This document shows, piece by piece, positions 24,331 to 35,739 of a DNA stretch of 64,000 nucleotides. The notes under the pieces were generated by a model. That model did no database searches. It saw only the letters and a program-made list of their open reading frames with translations, and was not told where the DNA came from. Origin of the DNA: Dictyostelium discoideum (taxonomy: Eukaryota); the NCBI GenBank assembly GCA_000004695.1, contig CM000151.3, forward strand, positions 6,880,001 through 6,944,000. Direction: 5' to 3'. The position numbers were made by a program, and so were the translations under genes. Numbering within the stretch: the stretch's first letter is position 1; the number at the start of each line of letters is the position of its first letter.

Positions 24331-25289
24331 TCAAAGGATACCAAAGTCGAATACTTTTGAATTATTATTATTATTATTACTATTATTATTATTGTTATAA
24401 TTATTATTATTATAATTATTTGTCATTGAAGTTGTTTGATTTAAATTAACATTGTAATTTGGTTTTGAGAAATGTGTTGTGTTTAAGCTTGATGATGAAG
24501 ATGGTTGAACAAATGAACCAAAATCATTATTATTACTGGTATTTGGTGAGCTGAAATCAAAGCTATAATCTCTTGATGAATTGGTATTATTGGCGAATCT
24601 ATTATTATTATTATTGTTGTTATTGTTGTTGTTGTTTAAAGGCTTTAAATTTCCAGTGGAGTTTTTATTTGATTGTGAAGGTGTTAATGTTACATTCCAA
24701 GAATTATCACTATTATTACTAACACCACCTGAAGAAGAGATTGATGCTGATGAAGATGTAGATATATTTAAGTTATTAAAAGATGATGTTAAATTATTAT
24801 AACTGCCGCTATTTGTACTACTATTAAATTGTTGTTGTTGTTGTTGTGGTGTTGAATTAAAACTTGATTGTCTTGATTGTGGCAAACTACCACTACTATT
24901 ATTCATTAGACGAGTTCCACTATTATTGATACTACTACCAACACTAACACTACTATTATTAGTGTTATTATTATTACTACTATTATTGAATGAAGAGGAT
25001 GAATGTGTTGATGAATTTAATGATACATTGGTGTTGGTAGTGTTTACTTCAAAATTTGTGGAACCATTAGTTGTTGGTGAAACAAAACCTTCAAATTCAA
25101 AATCATTATCAAAAAAGTTACCATTTCCACTATTTGATTTATTTTGATTATTCTTACCACTACTATTTGTATTATTTATTATTACATTTGAGTTTGAATT
25201 TGATGGCGATGGATGTTGAAGTGGTGTATTACCCCAAGATTCGAATTCATCAAATTTATTATTATTATTATTATAATTATTATTATTAC

Positions 25290-25382
<93 letters not shown>

Positions 25383-26829
25383 AATTATTACTATTGTTGT
25401 TGATATTATTTCTAGAAACTGAAGGTGAATTATTTGAGTTTGATGTTGAAGAAGTAGTATCATCACCTAAAATATCAAAGATATTTTTCTTTGCATTTGG
25501 TGGTGTTGAGTTTGGTGTATTTCCATAATTTTTACTATTATTATTATTATTGTTGTAATTGTTGTTATTGGTATTTGGAGAATTAAAATTTGGAGTTGAA
25601 TTTGAAGATGAACTAGTTCTAATTGGTCTATTAATACTGTTACTACTATTATTAACACTATTATTATTACTATTATTATTACTATTATTATTACTATTAT
25701 TATTACTATTATTATTATTTGAAGAAAAAGTTTGTAAACCTCTTCTTGAAGAACCTCTAATCTCATTTAAATAATTTAAAAGATCATTAATTGATGGACG
25801 TTGAGTTGGATCAGCAACCAAGATGAATTGAATTAATTTGTGGAAATTATTTGAATACTTTGAATTGTCAGGAATTTTATAGTTATTGTTAATGATTTGA
25901 AGTGAACCACCATCGAAAGGGTCTACATAGAAAGCCATTTTGAAGAGTAAACAACCTAATGCCCAAACGTCAACTTTCTCATCGATGATTTGGCCACGAT
26001 ACAAATCCACCATTTCAGGTGCCCTATAGAATAGTGTGGTAAACATATTGATATCGTCCTCTGCTTTACCTCTCTCAGTGGCGGTGTTGAATGTTTTGAT
26101 AGTGCTACTACCGAAATCACACAACTTGTATCGATTCGAATGCTCACAATATAAAACATTTTCAATCTTTAAATCTCTATGAGCTATGGGTGGTTGTTGT
26201 TGGTGCATTGCCAAAACACCATTACAAACATCGGAAAATATAGCTAAAATCTCTCTCTCCTCCAATCTTGTAAACTCTCCTCTTGCATTCATTATATCCA
26301 ATACACTACCACCACTACAATATTCCATTAACATTAAAACTTCAGTTTCTCTTGTATTTCTATTTTCATTAATTTTAAAACCTTCTAATTTTACAATATT
26401 TGGATTATTTCTTAATTTTTGCTATTTTAAAATTAAATAAGAAATGTTAGGTTTTATTTTATTTTATTTTATTTTATTTTTCTATTTTTTATTTTTTATT
26501 TTTATATATATATATATATTTACCATAACATCAATTTCATTTTTCATTGCTTCTAATCTTTCTCTTTCTTGAATGAACATTCTTTTTAAAGCATACATAT
26601 TATTATAGTCATCACGTACTAAATAAACGAAACCAAAGCCACCTTCTGCTACTAATTTAACTTCTGTTACTCTTCTACCATTGATATCATAGACTTGTCC
26701 AACACGTCCACCTGTAATGTTACCCCAAACATTACCAACATTATCTGTTATTGATTTACTTGAAATATTATTAATTGTATTTCCTGCAACTTCTAAAAAG
26801 TTGTTACTAAATTCTAAAAATCTATTCAT
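24331..26829 (-). CDS. serine/threonine protein kinase of the NAK (AAK1/GAK/Ark1-Prk1) family with a very long Asn/Ser-rich low-complexity C-terminal tail; complement(join(24331..26421,26524..26829))
   Basis: The kinase domain starts VKLVAEGGFGFVYLVRDDYNNMYALKRMFIQERERLEAMKNEIDVM/QKLRNNPNIVKLEGF. It has HRDLKIENVL and DFGS motifs. The C-terminus (about 450 aa) is poly-N/S/T encoded by (AAT)n-type repeats. The intron runs GTAAAT to AAAATAG. Confidence 0.8.
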
Positions 26830-27335
26830 TTTTTTTTTTTTTTTATATTTTTTTTTTTTAATTGCTTCTCTTTATTAAAAATAGAAAATTATTTAAAAAT
26901 TAAAAATAAAAATAAAAAAAATATATATTTAGAAAAAAAAAAAAACACACACAAACAAACAACACAAAAACAAGTACTATGTTTTTTGTTTTTGTTTTTT
27001 TTTTTTTTTTTTTTTCAAAAAAGTTTTTTCCTTTTTTTTTTTATTTTTTTAATTTTTTTTTTTTTTTTTTATTTTTCACCAACTGATATCATATGCATCT
27101 GTGGCAGGAAAAAAAAAAAAAAAAAAAAAAAAAAATGGAAAATATCTAATCAACGACTTTGAAAATTAAGACACTTTTTATTTTATTTTTATTTTTTTTT
27201 TTTATAAAATTTATTTATTTAAATAAATAAACAATATTTTGAATTTATAATTTCATTCCTCGATCACTTTTATTTTTATTTTTATTATTAATTTTTTTAT
27301 TTTTTATTTTTTATTTTTTATTTTTATTTTTTTCA

Positions 27336-27371
<36 letters not shown>

Positions 27372-27429
27372 TTTCATTTTGGCAAATTAAAAAATTGTGA
27401 AGAAACAAGAATAAAAAAAGTAAAAAGAT
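26830..27429. promoter_or_regulatory. divergent promoter region between the NAK kinase (-) and emc4 (+)
   Basis: A 600-bp AT-rich spacer between two outward-facing start codons, with poly(T) tracts. Confidence 0.35.
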
Positions 27430-28248
27430 ATGACAAATTTCAAAAATAGTGGAGAATCGAATACATATAGCAGAAAATGGACATTAGATATATCTGAATC
27501 CTCTTCATCATCATCTTCATCATCACAACAACATTTAAAAGATAAAAATAATTTACCATTACCATTAACAAGTGGGGGATCAGAATCACCAATATCCACA
27601 TCATCACAACCACAAGTTTCATCACAGCCACAACAATTATCAACAAAACAACAAATGGAATTAAAAGCTAAAAAAGGTTGGGAATTAGCAAAATCACCAG
27701 CTAAAAATATATTTATGACAGGTTTCTTTTTATGGATGATTGGTAATGGTATTAATATTTTCACAATGCCTGTTATTATATATGCTGTAATTAATCCTGT
27801 TAAAGCAATTTTTCAAACAAATACAAGTAACTATATTTTTTTCATTTTCATTTTCATTTTTAATATATATATTTAATACTAATTTACCAAAAAAAAAAAA
27901 AAAAAAAAAAAGTGTTTTCAAGATTTAATGATTGTAAAGGTGATATAATTCAAATGAAATTAACATTTGTAGTAATTCAATTAGCTTTATTAAGTGTAAC
28001 ACTTTATAAATGTAGTAGTATGGGTCTATTACCCATTACACCTTCAGATTGGATTTCATCTTTACCAATTAAAAAGGTAATATTTTCATTTATTATTCAC
28101 AACAATATAAATATTTAAATAACACTATTTACTAATAATATCAACAATAATAATAATAATCATTTTTTATTTTTTATTTTTTATTTTTTATTTTTTTTTT
28201 TAATTATAATTATAGGCAATTGAATATTCAAGTGGATCAAGTTTATAA
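27430..28248 (+). CDS. emc4: ER membrane protein complex subunit 4 (EMC4/TMEM85 family); join(27430..27826,27913..28076,28216..28248)
   Basis: The C-terminal half reads KKGWELAKSPAKNIFMTGFFLWMIGNGINIFTMPVIIYAVINPVKAIFQTNT/MFSRFNDCKGDIIQMKLTFVVIQLALLSVTLYKCSSMGLLPITPSDWISSLPIKK/AIEYSSGSSL. This matches the conserved EMC4 core (two TM helices plus the YKCxSMGLLP motif). The N-terminus is Ser-rich and unique. Donors are GTAACT and GTAATA. Confidence 0.7.
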
Positions 28249-28593
28249 ATATTTAAAATAATAATAATTCTTTATTTTTTATTTTTTATTTTTTTTTTTT
28301 ATTATTTTTATTTTTTTTTTTTCTTACACATTTAAAAAACAAACAAAATAATTATAATTATAAATAAAAAAAAAAAAAAAAACAGAAAAAAAAAAAAAAC
28401 ACTTTGTATAAAAATCTTTGTCGTTCGTTTATTAATTTTTTTTTTTTTATTTTTTTTTTTTTATTTTTTATTTTTTTCATTTTTTAATTGTTTTCACCCG
28501 ATTTGAGTTTTTTTGAAAAAAAAAAAAAATTCATTCTTGTTTTATTTTTTTTTTTAATTAAAAGAAAAAAAAGAAAAAGAAAAAAAAAAAAAA

Positions 28594-29048
28594 ATGCTTT
28601 CTTTCAAAACAACAGCAACTAAATTTAATATATACTCAAAATTTTTAAAAACACCAAACAATTTATATAAATCACAATTTATAATTGGAAATAATTTTAA
28701 AAGAACTTTTTCAACTGAACCACAAAAACCAATTGACAATGATTTAAATAATCAAAAAAATAATAATCAACATAATTATAATAATAATAATAATAATAAT
28801 AACAACAGTAATAAAGATAATAGTAATAGTAATAATAATAATAATAATAATAAAAAAAATAAGTTAGTACCAGCTTTAATATTTACAGGAGTAACTGTAG
28901 CTGCTATATATGTCACTCTTGATGCACTTGGATATAACAAGGTAAGTTTATTTTTTTTTTACTTTCTTTTTTCTTTTTTTCTTTTCTTTTTCTTTTCCTT
29001 TTCTTTTCTAATTAATTTTACACACTTTATATTCTTTTCTTTTTCTAT

Positions 29049-29079
<31 letters not shown>

Positions 29080-30052
29080 TAGTGAAATATATTATTATAA
29101 TAATAATAAAAATAAAAATGAAATTATAATTTGTAAAATAATAACAAGTTTTTTAATAATTTTAATAATAATTTATTTTATAAATCGATATTTTATAAAG
29201 GTTGATTTATTTAAGAGAATACCATTTCGTGTTACATCAAATTTATGGGGTAAACTAGCATCAATTGAAATACCAAAATCAATGAGATCACCAATTTATA
29301 AGAGTTATGCAAAACTTTTTGGTGTTATAATCGATGAAGCAGAGAAACCAATCGAAGAATACCCAACAATGGGTGATTTCTTTGCAAGAAGATTAAAACC
29401 AACAGCAAGACCAATTGATGAGAAAGCCGATATGGTGTCACCAGTGGATGGCACTGTAATTTATCATGGTAAGGTTGATATCAATAATACACTGGAACAA
29501 GTTAAAGGTTTAACCTACACATTGGATCAATTCTTAGGTCCTGATGAAATTGCAAAATTAAAAGGAAAGAATCTCTATCACATTGGTTTATATTTATCAC
29601 CTGGCGATTACCATGGTATTCATTCACCAATCGATTGGAAAATTGAAAATCGTTATCATTTCCCTGGTTACCTATTCCCTGTCGCTAAAGTTGCCGTAGA
29701 TAATATTCCTGGATTATTCGCAATGAATGAACGTGTTGTACTCACTGGTAATTGGAAGTATGGCTTCTATTCATTAACACCAGTTGGCGCTTCAAATGTT
29801 GGTACCATCGTTATGGATTTCGATAAAGAACTCTCAACAAATGATCAATCTCATAAATATCATAAAAATGAATTCTTTAAAAAACAATACCCTTCATCAA
29901 TCAACTCTTCAAAAGGTAGTGAATTAGCTTTCTTTAGAATGGGTTCAACTGTTATCATGATTTTTGAAGTACCACAAAATAAAAAATTCGATTTCAATAT
30001 TAATCCTGGTCAACATGTTAAATTAGGTCAATCAATGGGTAAATTGAATTAA
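28594..30052 (+). CDS. psd: phosphatidylserine decarboxylase proenzyme (mitochondrial type); join(28594..28941,29201..30052)
   Basis: ...VDLFKRIPFRVTSNLWGKLASIEIPKSMRSPIYKSYAKLFGVIIDEAEKPIEEYPTMGDFFARRLKPTARPID...YHIGLYLSPGDYHGIHSP...VAKVAVDNIPGLFAMNERVVLTGNW...ELAFFRMGSTVIMIFE has the conserved (L/M)GST autocleavage motif (FRMGST). The N-terminus carries a poly-N mitochondrial-like leader plus a TM segment. The intron runs GTAAGT to TTTTATAAAG. Confidence 0.85.
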
Positions 30053-30189
30053 ATTTATAAAAAAATAAATAAATAAATAAATTAATAAATACAATTCTTT
30101 AATATAAACTATATTTGTTTATTTGTAAAAATTTTTTATTTTTTTTTATAAAATTAATATTTTTATTTGATTTTATTTTTTTAAAAAAT

Positions 30190-32323
30190 TTAAAATAAAT
30201 AATTTGAAACTAAAATATTATCATAACCAATAAACATTATTTCAGGTAATCCATATTGAATTACTAATGTAGTTGATCCAAAAGGTAATGAGTTTGGTAA
30301 GAATTTATAATAAGTGAAACATTTATCATTGTCATTTTGAGTGCGTATTCCTTGTTTAGCACATGAAGTTGAATCAGTTTTTTTACAAGTATCTCTATAC
30401 AATTGACAACCAACTATTTTAACACCAAAATTATTATCACTATCCCAATAACCTAAATATTGTTTTGATGGACATTGAATTATACCATTAATTGAAGTTG
30501 GAATTAAAACAGATGAATATGAAAATGGATATAATAATTCACCAGTAATTAAATTTTTAAATTCTAAAACACCATCAGAACGTAATCCAAAATTTAAAAC
30601 ATCTGAATATAAGAGTTTACTTGAATTTAATGTACTCTTGAGACCACCATTTAAAAAATTATTTGATCCACTAATTATTGTAGGTTGAGAATTAAAATGA
30701 CCATATATAATCTTTAATCCTTTATTTTGAATTACCCAGCCCCAATTATCCATATCATTTTGATTTAAAATTGGTAAATGAATGAATCTACTACCTTTAA
30801 TTGGTGCTCGAGTTATCCATATTGGAACATCTACCCAATTTGATTGACCTTCTAAAAAATATTGTGTAGTAACAAGTGCACTATCATTTTTAATCTTTAA
30901 CGTTAATGGAAAACCATATTTTTGAAACATTGTATTTACACTTGTTTGTGAACTCCAAACTAATTTTCTACTATTAATAGTTGGATTACCAATATAATAA
31001 GATAAACCTGTGTTATAATCTAAAGTTAAATAATCTCTATATAAAATTATTAAACAAAACAGAGTTAGAATTTAATTAATTGAATTAAACTTTTTATAAT
31101 GAAAATTTATATATTACCTTCCATTTGTAATAAATTCTAAACCTCCAGTAATTCTATTATTCGAATCTAATTTTTCATCAATAAAACTACCAGGAATTAA
31201 ATTATAATTTGCATCTGGATAAATTGATTCACCCCATTTTCCCCATACCATTTTTCCTTGTTCTGATTGTATAATTAATCCCCATTCTTTTTTTTATAAT
31301 TAATATTTATTTTTTATAATTAAAAAAAAATTATTATTTTTTTACTTACTCTTTCCATAAGATCCATATGGCAATATATTAAAATAACGACCTTTTAATC
31401 CTTGTGTCATTGAACACCAATTTGCATTTGGATTATTTTCATGAATATAGGTACATAAATTACCATCTATTTGCATTTTTAAAACTGCAGAAGGTGAACA
31501 ACCAATTGGTGAACTTTCAACATTTTTCCAAACAACTGAATTACCCTCAGAAATGGTTAAAGTGCAATCAGTATTAAACTTTACTATTAAACCTGGTAAC
31601 TCTCTTTCCCAACCTCTGTAAACACCAGATTGAGAATTTACGTCATTACTGTCAAGGAAATAATTCACATTTGACAATGACATTGTTAATGGAATTTTAT
31701 TTTGATTATAAACTGGTGCTGTTTTTTTTATAAATTTAAAAAAGTAAAAATAAAATAAAAATAAACAAATATTAATAAATCAATATTACATAAAAAAAAA
31801 ATAAAAAATTAATTAGATTATATTTACAAAATTCTTTAAAAGTTAAATCAATAAAAAACTTTTGATTTTCATCACCATCACAATTATTGGTGAAAAAAGG
31901 TGATTCCCCAATTTTAAAAGAACTTTGTAAACACGATTGAGATTTTATAGATTTAATTAAGAATGCACCATCAATGTAACGAGCAGAAAAGAATGAATTT
32001 GAACTATATGTTGTTGTGCATTGAATTGCAATTAAAGTGTTATTTGAAATTTGTGCACATAATCCACTTAAAGATTCAAGTGTTGGATAGTTTTTATTAC
32101 CTAATGAAAATGTCCATAACTGTTGTAGTCTTTGTTGTTGATCATTATTTGTTGTTTGAGAATGTATACAATTTTCAATTGTAATCTTTTCACCTACATT
32201 TTTTGGTGAGGTTAAACAATATCCTCTAACATCTTTAATTTCATCAGTTGGGTAAACTTGACAAATTGAAATATTATTTAAGCATATAAATATTAAAGAA
32301 ATAATTAACAAGAGTTGTTTCAT
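30190..32323 (-). CDS. secreted hypothetical protein with a signal peptide, possible QxW (ricin-B-like) and bulb-lectin-like features; complement(join(30190..31036,31118..31286,31350..31718,31828..32323))
   Basis: MKQLLLIISLIFICLNNISICQ is a signal peptide. RLQQLWTF is a QxW motif. Four exons join with consistent phases through donors GTAAAT/GTAAGT/GTAATA. The product is Cys/Gly/Asn-rich. Confidence 0.6.
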
Positions 32324-32713
32324 CTTTTTATTTTATATTTTGATAATTAAATGAAGAAAATAAAAAAAAAAAAACTATTAATTTATATACCTTTTTTATT
32401 TATAAATTTGAACAATGTTTTAGAAGTATCATTAAAAAAATAAATTTATTATTATTAAAAATAAAAATTTAAAAAATTTAAAAATATTTCTTTCTTTTTT
32501 AAAGTATTCTTTAGTGATTGATTTTTTTTTTGTTGATTAAATTTAAAATAAAAAAAAAAAAATGTAAAAAGTGTTTAGAAAAAAATAAAAATGGAAAAGA
32601 GAAATCCTTTTAAATTAATCAAAAAAATAAAAATAATAACCAATAAAATTAATGAGAACAAGTACCCAAAAAGAGAACTTGATTTATTATTTTTTTATTT
32701 ATTTATTTTAAAT

Positions 32714-34186
32714 TTATTCTTGTTTAATTAAATTACCTTTCATCCAAATTCCTTTTAAAGATGGTGAAGAAGGATCATTTGATTTAAATTCACCATAACC
32801 AGAAGCTAAACCATCTTCTAGCTCACCTATATAAACTGAACCATCAGGTTTTGTTAAAGTACCTTTTGCATTTAATTTTGTTTGACCATTATCTAGGAGG
32901 ATTTCTTTAAATTCACCATCAATAGTGATATCACCAGAAATTGAGATTTTACCTTTACCAACACGTAAACCACGTATCCATTGACCTAGATATTGTGAAT
33001 TATCGGTCCAAATAGCTTCACCATAACCATTACGTTCACCATTTATGAATTGACCATTATAGTAATCACCATTATCTAAATACTCTTTACCATTACCATG
33101 TGGTAGAAGGTCTCTATTGATATCACCTTCATAGATACCATAACCTTGGATCATTAATCTACCAGATTGACATTCATTATTATTCCAAACACCTTCACAA
33201 CACCAACCTTTTGTAAAAATTCTACCGGCACCAGAGATTACACCATTGGCCCAATTATCATTTTCAGTGATTTGTAATTCTCTTTTATCTTCTTCTAGAG
33301 GATCGAAATTGTCGAGTACCTCTTGTGCTTGATTATTTTTAATTTTAATAAATTTACCTTTACCAGATGGTGAACCATTTTCAAATTCACCTTGATAGAT
33401 TGAACCATCAGGGAATGATACTTTACCATTACCATGCCATTGATCATTTTTAAATTCACCATAGTATTCCAATGGCATATCCTTTTTAACTTCATGACCA
33501 AATATCAATTGATCATGTTCCCAAATACCTTTAATCTCTGATTTTGGATCAGATAATACACCTTTACCATGACGTTCATTCTCTTTCCATTCACCTTGAT
33601 AAGAGATTCCCTTATCATTCTCATCGAATCTTCCAACACCATCATGCATATCATCTTTCCAATCACCATCATATTGACAACCACTCACTGAAATTAACCT
33701 ACCTTTACCATGTTTTTTACCATTTTCAAAATAACCTAAATAGAAATCACCATTTTTTAATTCTAATTCACCAAATCCATTTGGTATACCTTGAGCATTA
33801 ACTTGACCTTCAAATACTGATCCTGATTTCGAATGAATTGTAGCTTTTAATCCACTCATTGAAAGATATTCTTTTTTACCTTGTTGTTGTCCCTCTTCTT
33901 TTGCTTCCTCTTCTTCTAATCCCTCTAATTGATCTTGATAAATCTCATGTGGAAATCTTAAACTATCCAATTGACCTTTAAATTGTTTTGATTTTTCATT
34001 CTTTAAAAATGAATATTTATCATTTTCTTCATTATTTAAAAATTTAAATTTTTCAATATCTGGATTTGGTAAATTATCTAATATCTCTTTTATACTATTT
34101 TTATTATATTTTCCAAAATTCCTCTTTATTATTAAATTATTTTTTTTAATTGTTTTTTTTAAAATTTTATTAAAAATTGAATTCAT
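32714..34186 (-). CDS. MORN-repeat protein, 490 aa, single exon
   Basis: It has at least 8 tandem Y-x-G-x-(W/F)-x-x-G-x-x-x-G-x-G repeats, such as FYLGYFENGKKHGKGRL, YDGDWKDDMHDGVGRF, YQGEWKENERHGKGVL, YYGEFKNDQWHGNGKV, YQGEFENGSPSGKGKF, YNGQFINGERNGYGEA and YLGQWIRGLRVGKGKI. Confidence 0.8.
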   Translation of the reverse strand: MNSIFNKILKKTIKKNNLIIKRNFGKYNKNSIKEILDNLPNPDIEKFKFLNNEENDKYSFLKNEKSKQFKGQLDSLRFPHEIYQDQLEGLEEEEAKEEGQQQGKKEYLSMSGLKATIHSKSGSVFEGQVNAQGIPNGFGELELKNGDFYLGYFENGKKHGKGRLISVSGCQYDGDWKDDMHDGVGRFDENDKGISYQGEWKENERHGKGVLSDPKSEIKGIWEHDQLIFGHEVKKDMPLEYYGEFKNDQWHGNGKVSFPDGSIYQGEFENGSPSGKGKFIKIKNNQAQEVLDNFDPLEEDKRELQITENDNWANGVISGAGRIFTKGWCCEGVWNNNECQSGRLMIQGYGIYEGDINRDLLPHGNGKEYLDNGDYYNGQFINGERNGYGEAIWTDNSQYLGQWIRGLRVGKGKISISGDITIDGEFKEILLDNGQTKLNAKGTLTKPDGSVYIGELEDGLASGYGEFKSNDPSSPSLKGIWMKGNLIKQE

Positions 34187-34458
34187 ATTTTTTTTTTTTT
34201 TTGATATCTTTTTTTAAAAAACGAAAAAAAAAAATAAAAAAAAAAAAAAAATATCACATTAATGAAAACTTTCTAACTTTAAAAAAAAAATATTTTCATT
34301 TTTTTTTTTTTTTTATTTAATTTTTAATTTTTAATTTTTTTTTTTTAAGCAATGATATAATTTAATTTATTCAAAATATGAACTTGTATATAAAAACATA
34401 GCACTCCAAAATACCCCAAAATGATATAAAATATTAATAAAATGGATTGTTCTGGTCT

Positions 34459-34498
<40 letters not shown>

Positions 34499-34687
34499 CA
34501 ATCAAATATTTCATTATAATCCATTTTTGGACAATTGTTTTTTTATTTTTAAGGAACAGAGCGAATATATTTTTTATATATAAAAAAAAAGTACTATTGA
34601 TTTGATTGAATTGGTATTTTTTTTTCTTAATGTCAAATTTGAAAAAACAAAAAAGTACTATTTATATTTTTTAATTTTTAATTTTAT

Positions 34688-35393
34688 TTACAATTCATCT
34701 TTAATTGGTTTTTCAGATTTTGTTGGTTCGATTGGTTTTTCAGCAGTATTTTCAGTAGCTGGTTTATCTTCATTTGTATTACCGGCATTAATATCTGGGA
34801 GATCAGTACCTGGGAATTGACAAGATTCATATTTTGCGAGTAATTCATCAACGTTAAAGTAATCTTTGAGTTGTTTAATCTTGTAATCTTTATCATATTT
34901 AATTGTTACAATACCTCTATTATGGAATCTACAATTTGTTTTTGTGACGAAAGCAGTGGTTCTTTCAAAGGCAACTTCACGACCAATGATATATAATGGT
35001 TCATGAGTGTATGTAATCATTTGTGAGAAATTCTCTGAAATTAATGCTTCACATCTATTATAGATTCTTTTATGTCCACCACTAATAATGTTCTTACCAG
35101 TTGGATATTCAAGTACACCATCTGCTGATAATGTATCTACCATCTTTCTACAATTAATTGGGAAACCACTCCAATTATTTTCATATATTTTAACTGCTTC
35201 TCTAACCCTTTCTTCAACTGTTTGGTTGGTTGGTCTAAAATAATAATAATAGTAATAATAATAATAATAAAAAAATTAATTATTTATTTATTTATTTATT
35301 TTTTTAAAAAAAAAGTACATACTTTGAAACCTTAGCAACAGTACTGCTAATAAATAAAACAACTAAAATTAATAATGCGTATAAAAGTTTCAT
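34688..35393 (-). CDS. small ER-luminal protein of about 204 aa, with a signal peptide and a C-terminal KDEL; complement(join(34688..35234,35323..35393))
   Basis: MKLLYALLILVVLFISSTVAKVS/KPTNQTVEERVREAVKIYENNWSGFPINCRKMVDTLSADGVLEYPTGKNIISGGHKRIYNRCEALISENFSQMITYTHEPLYIIGREVAFERTTAFVTKTNCRFHNRGIVTIKYDKDYKIKQLKDYFNVDELLAKYESCQFPGTDLPDINAGNTNEDKPATENTAEKPIEPTKSEKPIKDEL. The intron runs GTATGT to TTATTTTAG. No homologue recognised. Confidence 0.65.
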
Positions 35394-35739
35394 TTTGTAC
35401 CTTTTTTTTTATATATATAAATAGAGATAAAATAAAATAAAAAAAAATAAAAAAAAAATTTTTATTTGGAAATATCTAGAAAGTGAAAATGAAAAAAATT
35501 TAAAAAAAAAAAAAACTATAAAAAAAAAAAAATTAAAATAAAAATAAAAAAAAATAAAAAAAATAAAAATAAAAAAAAAAAACAAAACCTACCCGAAAAG
35601 TCACCCCACTTTTCCAAATGCGTCATCTTTTCTAAACCTAAAATGATTTTTCATTTTAAAATTACTTTTCCATCATTTTTTTTAAACACAAATAATTTTT
35701 CTTTATTTATTTTATTTATTTATTTTTTTTTTTATTTTT

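Noticed and set aside
24581-25774. ORFs of poly-L, poly-I and poly-Y (24581..24802, 24926..25147, 25071..25304, 25182..25466, 25213..25422, 25467..25766, 25559..25774)
   Set aside because: They are frame-shifted or antisense translations of the kinase's (AAT)n/(ATT)n low-complexity tail, not independent genes.
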